DNA of 47,168 nucleotides from Methanocorpusculum sp. (GTDB lineage: Archaea > Halobacteriota > Methanomicrobia > Methanomicrobiales > Methanocorpusculaceae). The notes beneath the pieces are model-generated. The model was not told the origin of the DNA and did not search any database. It was given only the letters and a program-made list of their open reading frames with translations. This document shows, piece by piece, positions 29,745 through 45,441 of the stretch; positions within the stretch are counted from its first letter, which is position 1; each line of letters starts with the position of its first letter. The DNA lies in contig DALTVX010000035.1 of the NCBI GenBank assembly GCA_029987395.1, forward strand, positions 1 through 47,168, given 5' to 3'. The position numbers were made by a program, and so were the translations under genes.

Positions 29745-30163
29745 AAAAAATCGTCGCCACCGGGACCTTTGATATCCTTCACCCCGGTCATATATACTAT
29801 CTTGAAGAGTCAAAAAAACTTGGTGACGAGTTATGGGTCATCGTTGCGCGGGAAAAAAATGTTATTCATAAACCGCGTCCGATCGTTTCTGAAGATCAGC
29901 GTCTTCGCATGATCCAGAGTCTTCGGTGTGTCGATCACGCGATCCTTGGAGATCACGCCGATATGTACAAACCTATTCGGGAGATTGATCCTGATATCAT
30001 CACCATCGGTTTTAATCAGAAGTGGTCTTTGGAGAAATTAAGGTCCGAGATGAGTGAACGCGGTATCTGTGCAGAGGTCGTAAGGATCCATGAGTATACT
30101 GGAATGCCATTCACCTCATCAACAAAAATCATTCAGGAAGCAGTTCGGAGAAGGGCAAAATGA
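29741..30163 (+). CDS. ribL: Archaeal FAD synthase (cytidylyltransferase family)
   Basis: ATGTFDILHPGH, L.VIVAR, PDII..G..Q, SST.I. Confidence 0.88.
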   Translation: MKKIVATGTFDILHPGHIYYLEESKKLGDELWVIVAREKNVIHKPRPIVSEDQRLRMIQSLRCVDHAILGDHADMYKPIREIDPDIITIGFNQKWSLEKLRSEMSERGICAEVVRIHEYTGMPFTSSTKIIQEAVRRRAK

Positions 30164-30774
30164 AACAGAATAAGAAACAGGAAAAACTGGATAAAATTGC
30201 CGAGCTCGTCATGTTCATTGTCGAAAAAGGTGGCGATGCGACCATGATCTCTCCAAAAAATATTGTCACAGGGGAATGGGTCAGACAAAAATGCCTCTTT
30301 GGGTGTAATGGATTTGGCCGCAGATTTTCCTGCCCCCCCTATACTCCAACACCTTCAGAGACTCACAAAGTTCTGAAAGAATACAAAACCGCTATGCTCA
30401 TCAGATTTATTGGTGATGTTGGTAAAACCACCCCGGAACGCTTAGTTTCCCGTGAGATGACAACATATGTCCAGGATGTTATGTATAAGCTTGAGGAGAT
30501 GGCATTCTCCGCAGGTTTTTACAAAACATTCGGCTATACCGGTCACCAGTGCTCATTGTGTGCTCATTGTCCCGCAAAAGATGCATCTGCAGATATCACC
30601 AAATGCCTGAACCGGAAAAAAATGCGACCGAGTATGGAGGCGGCTGGGATCGATGTGTATGCCACTTGTGCAACCGCAGGCTGGGATCTTGATATTCTCT
30701 CCTGTACGGATGTTGAGGGTGGGTCTGTTCTGAACTCTCCGATGACAACCGTCATGCTCCTTTTAATCGAGTGA
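30160..30774 (+). CDS. DUF2284 Cys-rich metal-binding protein
   Basis: KC..GC..FG....CPP, C.LC..C, RPSMEA.GIDV. Confidence 0.8.
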   Translation: MKQNKKQEKLDKIAELVMFIVEKGGDATMISPKNIVTGEWVRQKCLFGCNGFGRRFSCPPYTPTPSETHKVLKEYKTAMLIRFIGDVGKTTPERLVSREMTTYVQDVMYKLEEMAFSAGFYKTFGYTGHQCSLCAHCPAKDASADITKCLNRKKMRPSMEAAGIDVYATCATAGWDLDILSCTDVEGGSVLNSPMTTVMLLLIE

Positions 30775-32198
30775 GTATTATGAAAAATTCTCCTTTTCTT
30801 GCTCCAGTTCCGTTTTATTGGTGTGACCGATGTCATACGCCGGTCATGGGGAAGCTCTGCTCCTGCGGAGAAAAAACTCGTCCAGTCTCAGTGACCCCCC
30901 CGGGGGATGTTCGTCCTGCATTTGATCGTGACAGAATTCTTGTGAACCGCCTTTTCGAAGAGCAGTTCGGTGTCCCGCTGATCCCTGATGGATTCCTTGC
31001 GATCCTAAATAAAGTTCCAGATGAGGATCGGATGGAAGAGGTCATCATTGGCGGAGCCGTTGTCTGTGCGATCAGATATCTCCCGGCTGAGTTCAGATGG
31101 GAGGTTCTCCCAAGGGAAGCGGCAGCAGATCTAGTTGTTCCGACCAAACGTTTCATCAAAGTTACAGATGATGCGGCCGGCTATATCAAAGATGGAAACA
31201 GTGTTCTGATGCCGGGTGTAACCTTTGTGTCTCCTAATATTTCTACTGGTGATAGTGTATTTGTGATCTCCGAGTCTGGCGAATGTGTGGCAGTTGGAAG
31301 AGCAAAAATGTCATATCAGGAAACTGTAGGCGCGACCCGCGGTCAACTAGTTCGGACCCGTCGGACCCAGAAACCGATTGTTGATGTTGCCCCCTCAACG
31401 TGGGATGACGCGGTTGCCGCAAACAAAAACATCCTCGATCTTTATGAAAGGAAATCGATCGAGTTCATCCATGACGTGATCGCCAAAAATCCAGGGATAC
31501 AGCCGACCGTCTCCTATTCCGGAGGAAAAGACAGTCTTGTAACGCTTCTCGTCACCCTAAAGACCGGGCTTCGATTTCCGTTGATTTTTGCGGATACTGG
31601 GCTTGAGTTTCCAGAAACCATCGAAAACGTCCGCATGGTATCTGAACTCTTTGAACTTCCATTGATCGAGGAGTCTGGGGCCGCCGGATTCTGGGAAGGC
31701 TTTGAGATGCAGGGCCCCCCTGCGGTCGATTTTAGATGGTGCTGCAAAGCATGCAAACTCACTCCGGTCAAGACCCTCATTGAAAAAGAATGGGGAATGG
31801 CGATCTCCTTCATCGGTCAACGTAAGTTTGAGTCAGCAAAACGGATGCAGAGTCCGCGTGTATGGAGAAACAGGAATGTTCCATGTCAGATCTCAGCTGC
31901 TCCGATCCAACACTGGACAGCTATGCATGTCTGGCTGTATCTTTTTCAGGAAAAAGCTCCCTACAATCCGCTCTATGAACTGGGTCTGGATCGAATCGGC
32001 TGTTTCATGTGTCCCTCCTCGGATATTGCCTGTATGAAAGATATCGAGGCACGGTATCCGGAGATGTGGGGCGACTGGGAACAGAAGCTGAAGGCATGGG
32101 GCGATGCAAATGGCAAATCCTCCGAATGGGCTTCGAAAGGTTTATGGAGGATCCGTGAAACAAATGAAGAAGACAGAGATATAGATGGCCACTTCTGA
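30771..32198 (+). CDS. PAPS-reductase-family protein with N-terminal Zn knuckle and PUA domain
   Basis: WCDRC..P....C.CG, PUA-like G.SVL.PGV...AVG.A.M, SYSGGKDS, DTGLEFPET, WCCKACK, RIGCFMCP. Confidence 0.85.
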   Translation: MSIMKNSPFLAPVPFYWCDRCHTPVMGKLCSCGEKTRPVSVTPPGDVRPAFDRDRILVNRLFEEQFGVPLIPDGFLAILNKVPDEDRMEEVIIGGAVVCAIRYLPAEFRWEVLPREAAADLVVPTKRFIKVTDDAAGYIKDGNSVLMPGVTFVSPNISTGDSVFVISESGECVAVGRAKMSYQETVGATRGQLVRTRRTQKPIVDVAPSTWDDAVAANKNILDLYERKSIEFIHDVIAKNPGIQPTVSYSGGKDSLVTLLVTLKTGLRFPLIFADTGLEFPETIENVRMVSELFELPLIEESGAAGFWEGFEMQGPPAVDFRWCCKACKLTPVKTLIEKEWGMAISFIGQRKFESAKRMQSPRVWRNRNVPCQISAAPIQHWTAMHVWLYLFQEKAPYNPLYELGLDRIGCFMCPSSDIACMKDIEARYPEMWGDWEQKLKAWGDANGKSSEWASKGLWRIRETNEEDRDIDGHF

Positions 32199-32793
32199 AA
32201 TCGCTATTCTGGATTATGGGTTAGGAAATCTTCGAAGTGTGATTCGCGGTCTCGAAGCGGCAGGAGCTCGCCCGAAGATCACAAATGATCCTGAGACGAT
32301 CAGTTCAGCTGACGGGCTTCTCCTTCCTGGTGTGGGGGCCTTTGCTGAAGGAATGAACAAACTTAGCCCCCTGATCGACTTGGTGAAAGAAGAGGCGGCA
32401 AAGAAACCTCTTCTGGGGATTTGCCTTGGCATGCAGATGCTTTTAGACGAAAGTGAGGAGTATGGTCTCCACAAAGGGCTTGGTTTTGTGCCCGGGAAGG
32501 TTCGTCTGTTTCCAAAACAACTTGGTATGAAGATCCCTCAGATGGGGTGGAACACGATCTCACCTTCAAGCCACCCGCTTTTTGAAGGAATACCTGATGA
32601 AACGTATGTCTACTTCGTCCACTCGTATTATGCTGATACAATTTCCGAATATACGATCGCAACGACCGATTACATAGTATCATACGCCTCGGCGGTCTCT
32701 TTCGGAAACGTCATGGGTGTTCAGTTCCATCCGGAAAAAAGTGGGAATGTCGGTATTAAAATTTTGAAAAATTATGTTCAGATGACTGAGTAA
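32185..32793 (+). CDS. hisH: Imidazole glycerol phosphate synthase glutaminase subunit
   Basis: DYGLGNL.SV, LPGVGAF, GICLGMQ, YFVHSY, QFHPEKS. Confidence 0.96.
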   Translation: MATSEIAILDYGLGNLRSVIRGLEAAGARPKITNDPETISSADGLLLPGVGAFAEGMNKLSPLIDLVKEEAAKKPLLGICLGMQMLLDESEEYGLHKGLGFVPGKVRLFPKQLGMKIPQMGWNTISPSSHPLFEGIPDETYVYFVHSYYADTISEYTIATTDYIVSYASAVSFGNVMGVQFHPEKSGNVGIKILKNYVQMTE

Positions 32794-33055
32794 TAATACA
32801 GACTATACTTATCTTTTCCGTCCATCTAAAAAACATCTGTTTTGCTGCCTTCTGTATTAGAACAGTAGAAAATTCTCTCTCTCTCTTTCAGGCACTTTAC
32901 AATAGGGATTTTCCTTATGGTTCACCCACATTAATAAGGAATCCGCACTAATATAATAATGAAAATATCTTTTTGAAAATCGCTTTCGAAGATGTTAATC
33001 ATTTTCGAAATAGAACTCAAATATCTGTCCAATTGACATGGAGAACCAAACTTAG

Positions 33056-37475
<4,420 letters not shown>

Positions 37476-37477
37476 TC

Positions 37478-37491
37478 TTTTTCTTTTTTTT
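37478..37491 (+). terminator. Oligo-T terminator after gyrA
   Basis: TTTTTCTTTTTTTT immediately after the stop codon. Confidence 0.55.
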
Positions 37492-37608
37492 GAATTAATT
37501 CGTGTATATTATCTAGAATATTTCTTTTCGCCATTACTGTATCCCAACTGAGAAGAAAAATCTAAGTAACATCTTTAATGTACAATCCCGCCAAATAGTA
37601 CAGCACCT

Positions 37609-37938
37609 ATGTCCTACATCGACCCGATAGTAATAATCATTGCCTTTGGTGCAGTTTCAGTATCATTTCTTTGGTTAAGGGACACCCGCATCTTTGTTCG
37701 TACCGGCAAAGATGGATACCGAAAAGCTGCCTATCAAGGTGTTCTTTACTCCGCTCTAGGCTGGTTTGGCTGTGCTCTTGCCGGTTTTGCTGAATATACA
37801 TTTATGTATCTGGGTGTTGGTTGTGTATTGATCGCTCTGTATCTCCAATCCAGATTGAAGAAAGAGGATGTATGGGTTGGAAAAGAATCTGCGTGGACCC
37901 GATTCATTGGATCAGCCCCCAGGCAGGAGAGAAAATAA
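37609..37938 (+). CDS. Small membrane protein (about 3 TM)
   Basis: Three hydrophobic segments; stop 2 nt before hisS ATG. Confidence 0.7.
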   Translation: MSYIDPIVIIIAFGAVSVSFLWLRDTRIFVRTGKDGYRKAAYQGVLYSALGWFGCALAGFAEYTFMYLGVGCVLIALYLQSRLKKEDVWVGKESAWTRFIGSAPRQERK

Positions 37939-37940
37939 AT

Positions 37941-39173
37941 ATGATACAAAAACCCCGCGGAACAAGGGACTTCCTCCCACAAGAAATGGCGCAGCGCAGG
38001 TTTATTGAACAAAAAATGCGTGCCGTTGCTGCATCCTTTGGGTACGGCGAGATCGTGACACCCATGTTCGAAGATCAGGAACTCTTCACTATTAAATCCG
38101 GAGAAGGGATCATCGGTGAGATGTACGCTTTCGAGGATAAGGGCGGCCGAAAGATCACGCTCCGTCCCGAACTCACCGCCCCGGTTCTCCGTGCCTATGT
38201 CAATGAGGCGCAGATGGCGCCAAAACCTCTACGGTGGTTTTATTTTGCCGAATGTTTCCGCTATGAACGCCCGCAGAAAGGACGTTACCGGCAGTTCTGG
38301 CAGTTTGGTTCCGAACTTATTGGTGCCGACTCGGCCGCAGCAGATGCAGAAGTCATCGCTCTTGCTTATGCACTATTATCCTGTACTGGTGTACGCTTTG
38401 TTTTGAAAGTCGGTCATCTTGCACCGATGAAACATCTTCTTTTGAATTTGGAGCCTTCAGCCCAGAAAAGGGTGATGGGTGCTCTTGATAAACGTGATAT
38501 GGAACTACTTGAAACAACGCTTGCCGCTCTTGGCCACTCTGATCTGTTTGAGCCGCTAAAGGTTCTCACTACAGCAAAAACTCTCTCAGAAGTATTTGCA
38601 GTTACTGGGGATATTCCGGAAAAGTCAAGGATAGAAGAGACCTTCGGGTATCTCGAAGCACAAAACATTCCTTATGAACAGAACTTCGGCATTGCCCGAG
38701 GTCTCGACTACTACACTGGTATGGTTTTTGAAGGATTTGCTGACAATCTTGGAGCAGAAAATCAGATCATTGGCGGCGGCGGGTACCGACTTGCTCATCT
38801 TTTTGGCGGCAAGGATGTTCCTTCCTGTGGGTTTGGGATCGGTTTTGATCGGGTCCTTGTTTCTTTGGGTGAATTCACCCCTCAGACAAAGCCGGTTGTC
38901 GCCGTGGTTTGCACGCCGTTAACACGTTTAGCGGCATACAAAGCGGCTTTGGGGCTGCGTTCTGCTGGCATAACGGCAGTGATGGATCTGCTTGATAGGG
39001 GATTTGGAGCCCAGTTATCTTCTGCACTGAAGTCGGGAGCATCGTTTGCTGCGGTGATTGGAGAAAAAGAGGCAGATGCCGGAACGATAACACTTAAAGA
39101 TCTTAAATCTGCAGTCCAGACTGAGATGTCGCTTGAATCTGCCATCGAGGTAATCCATGGTTCTTGCAGATGA
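37941..39173 (+). CDS. hisS: Histidine--tRNA ligase
   Basis: PRGTRD, LRPELT, FRYERPQKGR.RQF.Q, RGLDYYTG. Confidence 0.97.
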   Translation: MIQKPRGTRDFLPQEMAQRRFIEQKMRAVAASFGYGEIVTPMFEDQELFTIKSGEGIIGEMYAFEDKGGRKITLRPELTAPVLRAYVNEAQMAPKPLRWFYFAECFRYERPQKGRYRQFWQFGSELIGADSAAADAEVIALAYALLSCTGVRFVLKVGHLAPMKHLLLNLEPSAQKRVMGALDKRDMELLETTLAALGHSDLFEPLKVLTTAKTLSEVFAVTGDIPEKSRIEETFGYLEAQNIPYEQNFGIARGLDYYTGMVFEGFADNLGAENQIIGGGGYRLAHLFGGKDVPSCGFGIGFDRVLVSLGEFTPQTKPVVAVVCTPLTRLAAYKAALGLRSAGITAVMDLLDRGFGAQLSSALKSGASFAAVIGEKEADAGTITLKDLKSAVQTEMSLESAIEVIHGSCR

Positions 39174-40959
39174 ACTTGCCAAGAAACAGAGAAGCATAAG
39201 TGTAGCGGAATTTTTTGAGAAAAATAAACAGATGCTTGGTTTTGATTCCCCAACTCGGGGGATCATAACCACCATAAAAGAGGCGATCGACAACTCTCTT
39301 GATGCCTGTGAAGAGGCACAGGTTCTTCCAGATATTCTCGTCTCGGTAAGGCGTATCTCGAATGATGTGTTCCGTGTTGTTGTTGAGGACAACGGTCCGG
39401 GGATCGTTCCCGAAAAAATGCCGAGTGTTTTTGCTAAACTTCTATACGGATCACGTTTTCACCAGGTCAGACAGACCCGCGGCCAGCAGGGGATCGGGAT
39501 ATCTGCGGCAGTTTTGTATGCCCAGCTTACCACCGGAAAACCGACGATCGTAACGTCCCGGATTGATGCGAAGAGTAAGGCCCACACGATGTCGCTCGTC
39601 ATCAAGACGGAAACAAACGAGCCTGAAGTCCTCTCCCATGAAGAAGTTGATTGGATCCTTCCTCACGGGACCCGTATCCAGCTTGAGTTCAAAAGCAATA
39701 TCGCGGCAAAGAAAAAACTCATCGAGTATCTCAAATATACCTCAATCGTCAACCCTCATGCTAAATTCCGAGTTGAGATCGAAGACGAATCATTCACATT
39801 TGAGCGTGTGTCATCCGAGGTCCCGCCTTGTCCTGTTTCGATAAAACCTCACCCCTACGGAATTGAACTTGGTGTCTTAAAACGAATGGCGACCGCTTCT
39901 GATCTGCCGCTCAAAGAGTTTTTAGTTGAAAGTTTTTCGAAAGTCGGGGAGAAAACCGCTCTTGAGATATGCGGGTCCTCAAAACTTGATCCTGGGGCAA
40001 AAGCTACATCTCTTAGTCTTGAATCGCTCAATCTTCTTCTCGATGCAATGCAGACTACCAAGATACCGGCACCTTCGGCATCACAATGTCTGTCTCCCAT
40101 CACTGACGAACTAATTGTCAAAGGGATGGAGAAAGAGTTTGAACTGGATTTCATCAAGGCTCGAACTCGCCCTGGAAGTGTGTACGGTGGTCACTCATTC
40201 ATCGTTGAAGCTGCAATTGGATATGGTGGAAAACTTCCATCTGAAGGAAGTGCGCTCCTCTTGCGGTTTGCAAATCGCGTTCCGCTACTTTACCAACAGG
40301 GGGCCTGTGCGATCACGAACGCAGTTCAGAATGTGAACTGGAAATCCTACGGCATTTCTCAATCAGGGCTTCCTACCGGACCCATACTGATCCTCGTTCA
40401 TGTGGCGGCAACAAGCGTCCCGTTCACGAGTGAATCGAAGGATGCGGTCGCGGCAATCCCGGAAATTGAGCGTGAGATCACTCTTGCTTTGCAGGAACTT
40501 GGACGCGACCTGAAGACGTTTTTGTCTCGCCGCGACAAAAACAAACTTCAGGATGATCGTGCCCGTGCGATCTGTTCGGTCATTCCTCTTATCGCCGTAA
40601 AAGTGGGGGAGATCGTAGAGCTCCCAACTCCTGACACTTCTCTTATCGAGGGAAGAATTATGCGCAGGGTAGTTCTCAAGAAAAGCTCAGCAGGCGGCAA
40701 AGTTATGTTTCATATCGACAACTACACAACAAAAGAACAGGAGATATCGTTGTATGATATCTCTGGAGACAACGCAGGTGATGCGATTATCCCTCCAACG
40801 TTTGTATCAGAAACGGATGGTGAGTTCACGAAGATCTGGAAGTTGACTCTTGCGGCAGGCAAAACGTTCGAAGTGACCTATACAGGACTCGGCGGAGGAA
40901 TGGTCGAGATGCAGGGCGTAGCGGAAAATCTCAAAGTGGTGGTGGATTTGGATGTCTGA
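39157..40959 (+). CDS. top6B: DNA topoisomerase VI subunit B
   Basis: [43 protein letters not shown]. Confidence 0.96.
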   Translation: MVLADELAKKQRSISVAEFFEKNKQMLGFDSPTRGIITTIKEAIDNSLDACEEAQVLPDILVSVRRISNDVFRVVVEDNGPGIVPEKMPSVFAKLLYGSRFHQVRQTRGQQGIGISAAVLYAQLTTGKPTIVTSRIDAKSKAHTMSLVIKTETNEPEVLSHEEVDWILPHGTRIQLEFKSNIAAKKKLIEYLKYTSIVNPHAKFRVEIEDESFTFERVSSEVPPCPVSIKPHPYGIELGVLKRMATASDLPLKEFLVESFSKVGEKTALEICGSSKLDPGAKATSLSLESLNLLLDAMQTTKIPAPSASQCLSPITDELIVKGMEKEFELDFIKARTRPGSVYGGHSFIVEAAIGYGGKLPSEGSALLLRFANRVPLLYQQGACAITNAVQNVNWKSYGISQSGLPTGPILILVHVAATSVPFTSESKDAVAAIPEIEREITLALQELGRDLKTFLSRRDKNKLQDDRARAICSVIPLIAVKVGEIVELPTPDTSLIEGRIMRRVVLKKSSAGGKVMFHIDNYTTKEQEISLYDISGDNAGDAIIPPTFVSETDGEFTKIWKLTLAAGKTFEVTYTGLGGGMVEMQGVAENLKVVVDLDV

Positions 40960-42049
40960 TCTAACAGAACGAGACTTGGCAACGAAGCAGCGTCTGATGG
41001 AGATAGCTAAGGTTTGGTATGATCAGATGGAAAGCGGTGAAATCCCGTCGATCACTCTTCCAACTCGAACAAAATACAATATTGAATACGACGATGAATC
41101 TGAGGTCTGGAAATATGGTGATAAAGAGTCGGTCAGAAATGCCGGGACTGCGAAATCGGCCATGCATATGCTCAAGATGGCGTATGTCATCTGGTTCATA
41201 AAGACTCAGCTGCAAGAGAACCGTTCCTCGACATTAAGAGAAATGTATTACATATCTGAGGGCTGGAAACAGGCGAAGTTCGGCGCTCAGAATGAGAGTA
41301 ACTATCTGATCGAGGATCTAGAGATCGTCACATCTCTACAGAGGGAATTTTTCCATATGCGTCCGGAAGAGGACGGCGCTTCGATTTTTGGACCGATCCG
41401 TGTTCGGGAAAATACACGGCGCGGCATGAAAGAGATCCACTGTCAGGATGATGTGGGAGAAGCAGGATATAATATTCCAAATAACGTGGAAAATGTTGAG
41501 CTTGTCGATCATGATGCCTCTTGTGTTATCGCCATAGAAACAGGTGGTATGTTTTCCCGTCTGCAGGAAAATGGCTTCGATGAAGAGTACAATGCTGTTC
41601 TCCTTCATCTGAAGGGTCAACCTGCTCGGGCTACAAGGCGTATGCTCAAACGAATGAATGAGGAGCTCGGGATCCCGGTTGTGGTTTTCACCGACGGGGA
41701 CCCTTGGTCCTACCGTATTTATGCATCAGTTGCTTACGGCTCGATAAAGTCCGCTCACATGTCCGAGCTCCTGGCTACACCTTCTGCCAAATTTATTGGG
41801 GTAAAGCCTTCAGATATCCAGCGGTATGATCTGCCTGCAGATAAACTTACAGAACAGGATGTTGCTGCGCTGAGGTCTGAACTGACCGATCCCCGCTTTG
41901 ACACCGACTTCTGGAAAAAAGAGATCAATCTTCAGCTCCAAATGAATCTGAAATCAGAACAGCAGGCCTTTGCAAGCCGCGGTCTTGACTTCGTTACCAA
42001 GGAGTATCTTCCATCGATGCTTTCAGAAATAGGTGTTCTAAAACGATGA
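40952..42049 (+). CDS. top6A: DNA topoisomerase VI subunit A
   Basis: [33 protein letters not shown]. Confidence 0.96.
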   Translation: MSDLTERDLATKQRLMEIAKVWYDQMESGEIPSITLPTRTKYNIEYDDESEVWKYGDKESVRNAGTAKSAMHMLKMAYVIWFIKTQLQENRSSTLREMYYISEGWKQAKFGAQNESNYLIEDLEIVTSLQREFFHMRPEEDGASIFGPIRVRENTRRGMKEIHCQDDVGEAGYNIPNNVENVELVDHDASCVIAIETGGMFSRLQENGFDEEYNAVLLHLKGQPARATRRMLKRMNEELGIPVVVFTDGDPWSYRIYASVAYGSIKSAHMSELLATPSAKFIGVKPSDIQRYDLPADKLTEQDVAALRSELTDPRFDTDFWKKEINLQLQMNLKSEQQAFASRGLDFVTKEYLPSMLSEIGVLKR

Positions 42050-43140
42050 TAAAAATTTCTAAAATTGCTATTTATTTGGGAGTTTTCGCCTCAATGGCGC
42101 TCTCAAATTCTGTTGTACCAATTCTTTCAATGATCACGCCAGATGCCGCTATGCAGGGAGCCCTCTTTTCTGCTTACTTTTTAGGAGCATTTTTGATGGT
42201 TTTTCCAGCCGGGTGGATCTCCGATATGATCGGCCGTGCTCCTCTCATCAAAATAGGGCTTGCTGGAACATTTGTGTCTGGGCTCCTGATTTGGTTTTTC
42301 TCAGGCGATCCTTTATTTATCGTTGGTCTCAGGTTCGTGGGGGGTTTGTTTACAGGAATGTTTGTGTCCTCCTCCCTCTCCTACGTAAACTCGGAACCTG
42401 ACCACAAAAAACTGTCAGGTGTGTATATGGCTTTGCTGAACGTTGGTCTGGTTGCGGGGCTTATTATTTCGGGAGCCCTCGTCGTTTTTGATCCTTATAC
42501 TGGTGTGCTCGTGTTTAGCATTTTGACTGGAGCTGCTTTTCTTGCCGGGATCTTCTTCAAAGACTCTGCCGGATTTATTTCCGCAATGGTGCCGTTAAAG
42601 ACGATTTTTTCGATCACACAGTATCATAAATGGCTTTGGATAACACTCTTTGTTTTTTCGGGAGCCACAGGCGTTGTTCTAAGTATGTATCCGGAAATGT
42701 CCGGGTATTCGGCTGATATTTCTGGTGTCGTGACTGCACTGATGAGTTTAGCCACTGCTGTTTGTGTCTTCGCCGCATCGCGTTTCGCCCTTATGAATTC
42801 ACTCGGGATCATCCGGAAATCTGCGGTTCTTCTTGCCGTTTCAGTTCCGCTTGTCTTCTTTACACCCATTGGTTTGATCCTTGTTGGGGCTGTATTTGGG
42901 GTAATAACTGTTGCCATATTGAATTATATCGCTGGCACGTCTCATCCACAGGGCGTAATGAATGGTCTCTTCACGATGATGCAATATGCCGGAATGGCGG
43001 TTTTGCCGTTTATCGCTGGCTTGATTGTTTTGCCAATCGGATATTTGGGAGTGTTTATTATAGTTGGAGTTGTGGTTTTGGTTGGCGGGCTCTTGGTCGT
43101 CCGTTGTCCGTGTTATATACCTGCAATAAATAGAGAATGA
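42046..43140 (+). CDS. MFS transporter
   Basis: Multiple TM segments; MFS motif A-like G.ISD.IGR. Confidence 0.85.
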   Translation: MIKISKIAIYLGVFASMALSNSVVPILSMITPDAAMQGALFSAYFLGAFLMVFPAGWISDMIGRAPLIKIGLAGTFVSGLLIWFFSGDPLFIVGLRFVGGLFTGMFVSSSLSYVNSEPDHKKLSGVYMALLNVGLVAGLIISGALVVFDPYTGVLVFSILTGAAFLAGIFFKDSAGFISAMVPLKTIFSITQYHKWLWITLFVFSGATGVVLSMYPEMSGYSADISGVVTALMSLATAVCVFAASRFALMNSLGIIRKSAVLLAVSVPLVFFTPIGLILVGAVFGVITVAILNYIAGTSHPQGVMNGLFTMMQYAGMAVLPFIAGLIVLPIGYLGVFIIVGVVVLVGGLLVVRCPCYIPAINRE

Positions 43141-43150
43141 TCGATATTAT

Positions 43151-44368
43151 TTATTTTTTTCTTTTTGGATGAAAACGGTATTTAGGTACAACATTTCCTT
43201 CTGGAACTGGGGGTTTTCGTCCTTCAAGACAATCTTTCACAGGAGTATTACAATACTCTAACACACTTAGTTCCCGTTCGGATCCAAGTGTCGACTTAGT
43301 CGCTTCAAGCCACAAATAGAATCCTACTCGAGACGGGGTTGGACGTTCATATTTGAAACCACCTGTTTTTGAAGGAATCATCTTCAGATATGTCCGCTGT
43401 TTTTTTGGTTTGAGATAAACCACAGGTGACATCTCAGGAAAGTCTATAGCAAGGATGACCTTACTGTAGTTTTCCTGTATTGAATCTATATCAAGAATCT
43501 CCGATTTTACTCGAAGACCATAGTTTGTGATCAATGTTTTGATTGCCGAAGGGTGCAATCCTCCACAGATCACTTTCTTCACCAATGGGGAAACGGAAGG
43601 GTCTGAGAAGTACTGGTCGGGCGACATATTATGGTCCATGGCGAAAAATAGCTTCGTAAGTGCGTCGTCATGAAGTTTTTTGTAATCGAAGTCACGTATT
43701 TTTAAGGTCTCAGATGGGATGAGTGCCGGATTTTTTTCGGGTTGTGTTGGGATGGAGGTGATCCGAAGGCCTTTCAGGCAAGACTTCATCACTTCACACT
43801 CATGGGTCCCTATGTATACATTATCGGGATCGGCAACAAGTCTCCGGACGACCTGCGTCCCGGAGATATCAACGGATGAGAAAAGCATAAATCCTACATG
43901 CTCCTGATTGAACATGTAGCCAAAGAGTTTTTTCTTATAAATGATCTCTGCCTCAAGATCTTTAAGATCGGCCGGGCTTGTTACGATTTCGCTGAAGACG
44001 ACCTGCTTATCTTTATCGAAAAGAAGGAGATCCACCTCCGCCAGATCCTGACCGTTTCCTCGAACCCTGATGTCACCTTTTTCAGCAGAATATATTCCAT
44101 TTACTCCAAGTCTAATTTTTTCGTGGTGTTTTGGAACATCGGCACCTTTTCTTACGACCTTTTTTATGGTGTCAGTTTTCTCCGCGATCCTGATGAGCTG
44201 TTCGTATATTAGATTTTCAAACCAGTATCCTTCTGCCGTTCTCATCAACATGATGTCTTCCGAGAAAAGATTTTTACGTTCCACTGGACGCATATGACGT
44301 AGCGCTCTTACGGCGATCGCCCGGTCGGGTTTGTAGTGGCTGAACTGCTCACTAATCCACGAGAGCAT
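43151..44368 (-). CDS. Hypothetical protein, possible PD-(D/E)XK-like fold
   Basis: 405-aa ORF; G.WFE ... EVDLLL ... FSEI pattern. Confidence 0.65.
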   Translation of the reverse strand: MLSWISEQFSHYKPDRAIAVRALRHMRPVERKNLFSEDIMLMRTAEGYWFENLIYEQLIRIAEKTDTIKKVVRKGADVPKHHEKIRLGVNGIYSAEKGDIRVRGNGQDLAEVDLLLFDKDKQVVFSEIVTSPADLKDLEAEIIYKKKLFGYMFNQEHVGFMLFSSVDISGTQVVRRLVADPDNVYIGTHECEVMKSCLKGLRITSIPTQPEKNPALIPSETLKIRDFDYKKLHDDALTKLFFAMDHNMSPDQYFSDPSVSPLVKKVICGGLHPSAIKTLITNYGLRVKSEILDIDSIQENYSKVILAIDFPEMSPVVYLKPKKQRTYLKMIPSKTGGFKYERPTPSRVGFYLWLEATKSTLGSERELSVLEYCNTPVKDCLEGRKPPVPEGNVVPKYRFHPKRKK

Positions 44369-44401
44369 TACAACTCTCCTCTTTCTTGTTTCATAATATA
44401 T

Positions 44402-45355
44402 TTATGCGAGGACGAGTATCCGCCGCGTGAGACTTTTATGCACTCTCTGTTCGTAGTATTCGACGACTTCAAAGTGATCTTTTGCAAGTGATCTGATATC
44501 TTTGTGAGTTATTATGACCGCCCTGCCCCCTGGTTTTAGAACTCGCCTGATTTCTTTCAGGGATCCAGTGTAGAGGGTATCGATGCTTTCGGCACCGATG
44601 GTGGTCGACTGACCATACGGCAGATCTGTTGCAATAGCATCAAATGCTCCGTTTGGATAAGGCATATTTGTTGCATCTGCTCGCACGTATGCTCCATTCG
44701 GGAGATTCTGCCTACATCCAATGAGCATCTCCAGATCATAATCACTTCCGATCGCTTCGATACCCATCATATCACATTCAAGGAGCATACCGCCTGTTCC
44801 ACAGAAGGGATCACATAACAACTCCCCAGGTTCAACATGGGTCAGATTGACCATAGTTCGTGCCATTAGGGGCATCATCACTCCAGGATGGAAAAATGCT
44901 CTCCTTTGAGGATTTCGATATGCATAGGATCCGCGGTCTATGGTGTGAAGTACTTCTCCGAAAAAGCATCTATCGTTTGTGAATACTGCACGATATTCTA
45001 TCTCGGGATTTTTGAGGTCAACAATACCGTGAATTTTTTGTCCCATCATGCGCTCGAGTTCCAATTGGGATGCATTGACGGAGACGGGGTGAATCTTTCT
45101 TGCTCTGCAACAGAACGTGCCTTGGGCTGTGAGGGCGAGACCTTCAAGGAGAATTTCCAGGTCTTCCTTTGTAGCATTGCACTCACCTAGGAGACGCATT
45201 ACTACATGCGTCTGTGCGAGCCTTGTCGTCCTCTCTGGGTCATCGACCTCCACAACTGCAATACCATTTTCCGTGCAGGTCACATTTCCCACACAGGATA
45301 GTTCGGCGGTTGCCAGAGGCAGGTTCTCTCCTGAGAGTTCAAACAACAGATTCAT
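44402..45355 (-). CDS. tRNA G10 N2-methyltransferase (Trm11/TrmG10; THUMP + MTase)
   Basis: FELSGE...LA..E, R.FFHPG.M.P.AR..VNL, DPFCGTGG, DLPYG, RVHKSLTR. Confidence 0.9.
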   Translation of the reverse strand: MNLLFELSGENLPLATAELSCVGNVTCTENGIAVVEVDDPERTTRLAQTHVVMRLLGECNATKEDLEILLEGLALTAQGTFCCRARKIHPVSVNASQLELERMMGQKIHGIVDLKNPEIEYRAVFTNDRCFFGEVLHTIDRGSYAYRNPQRRAFFHPGVMMPLMARTMVNLTHVEPGELLCDPFCGTGGMLLECDMMGIEAIGSDYDLEMLIGCRQNLPNGAYVRADATNMPYPNGAFDAIATDLPYGQSTTIGAESIDTLYTGSLKEIRRVLKPGGRAVIITHKDIRSLAKDHFEVVEYYEQRVHKSLTRRILVLA

Positions 45356-45441
45356 CCGCTTTATAGATGTGCGGTCTGGCTAATAATATCTGTGGGGTCA
45401 AAAGGCATACGTAGCAGTTTTGACTTTTCTGTCATCTTATT

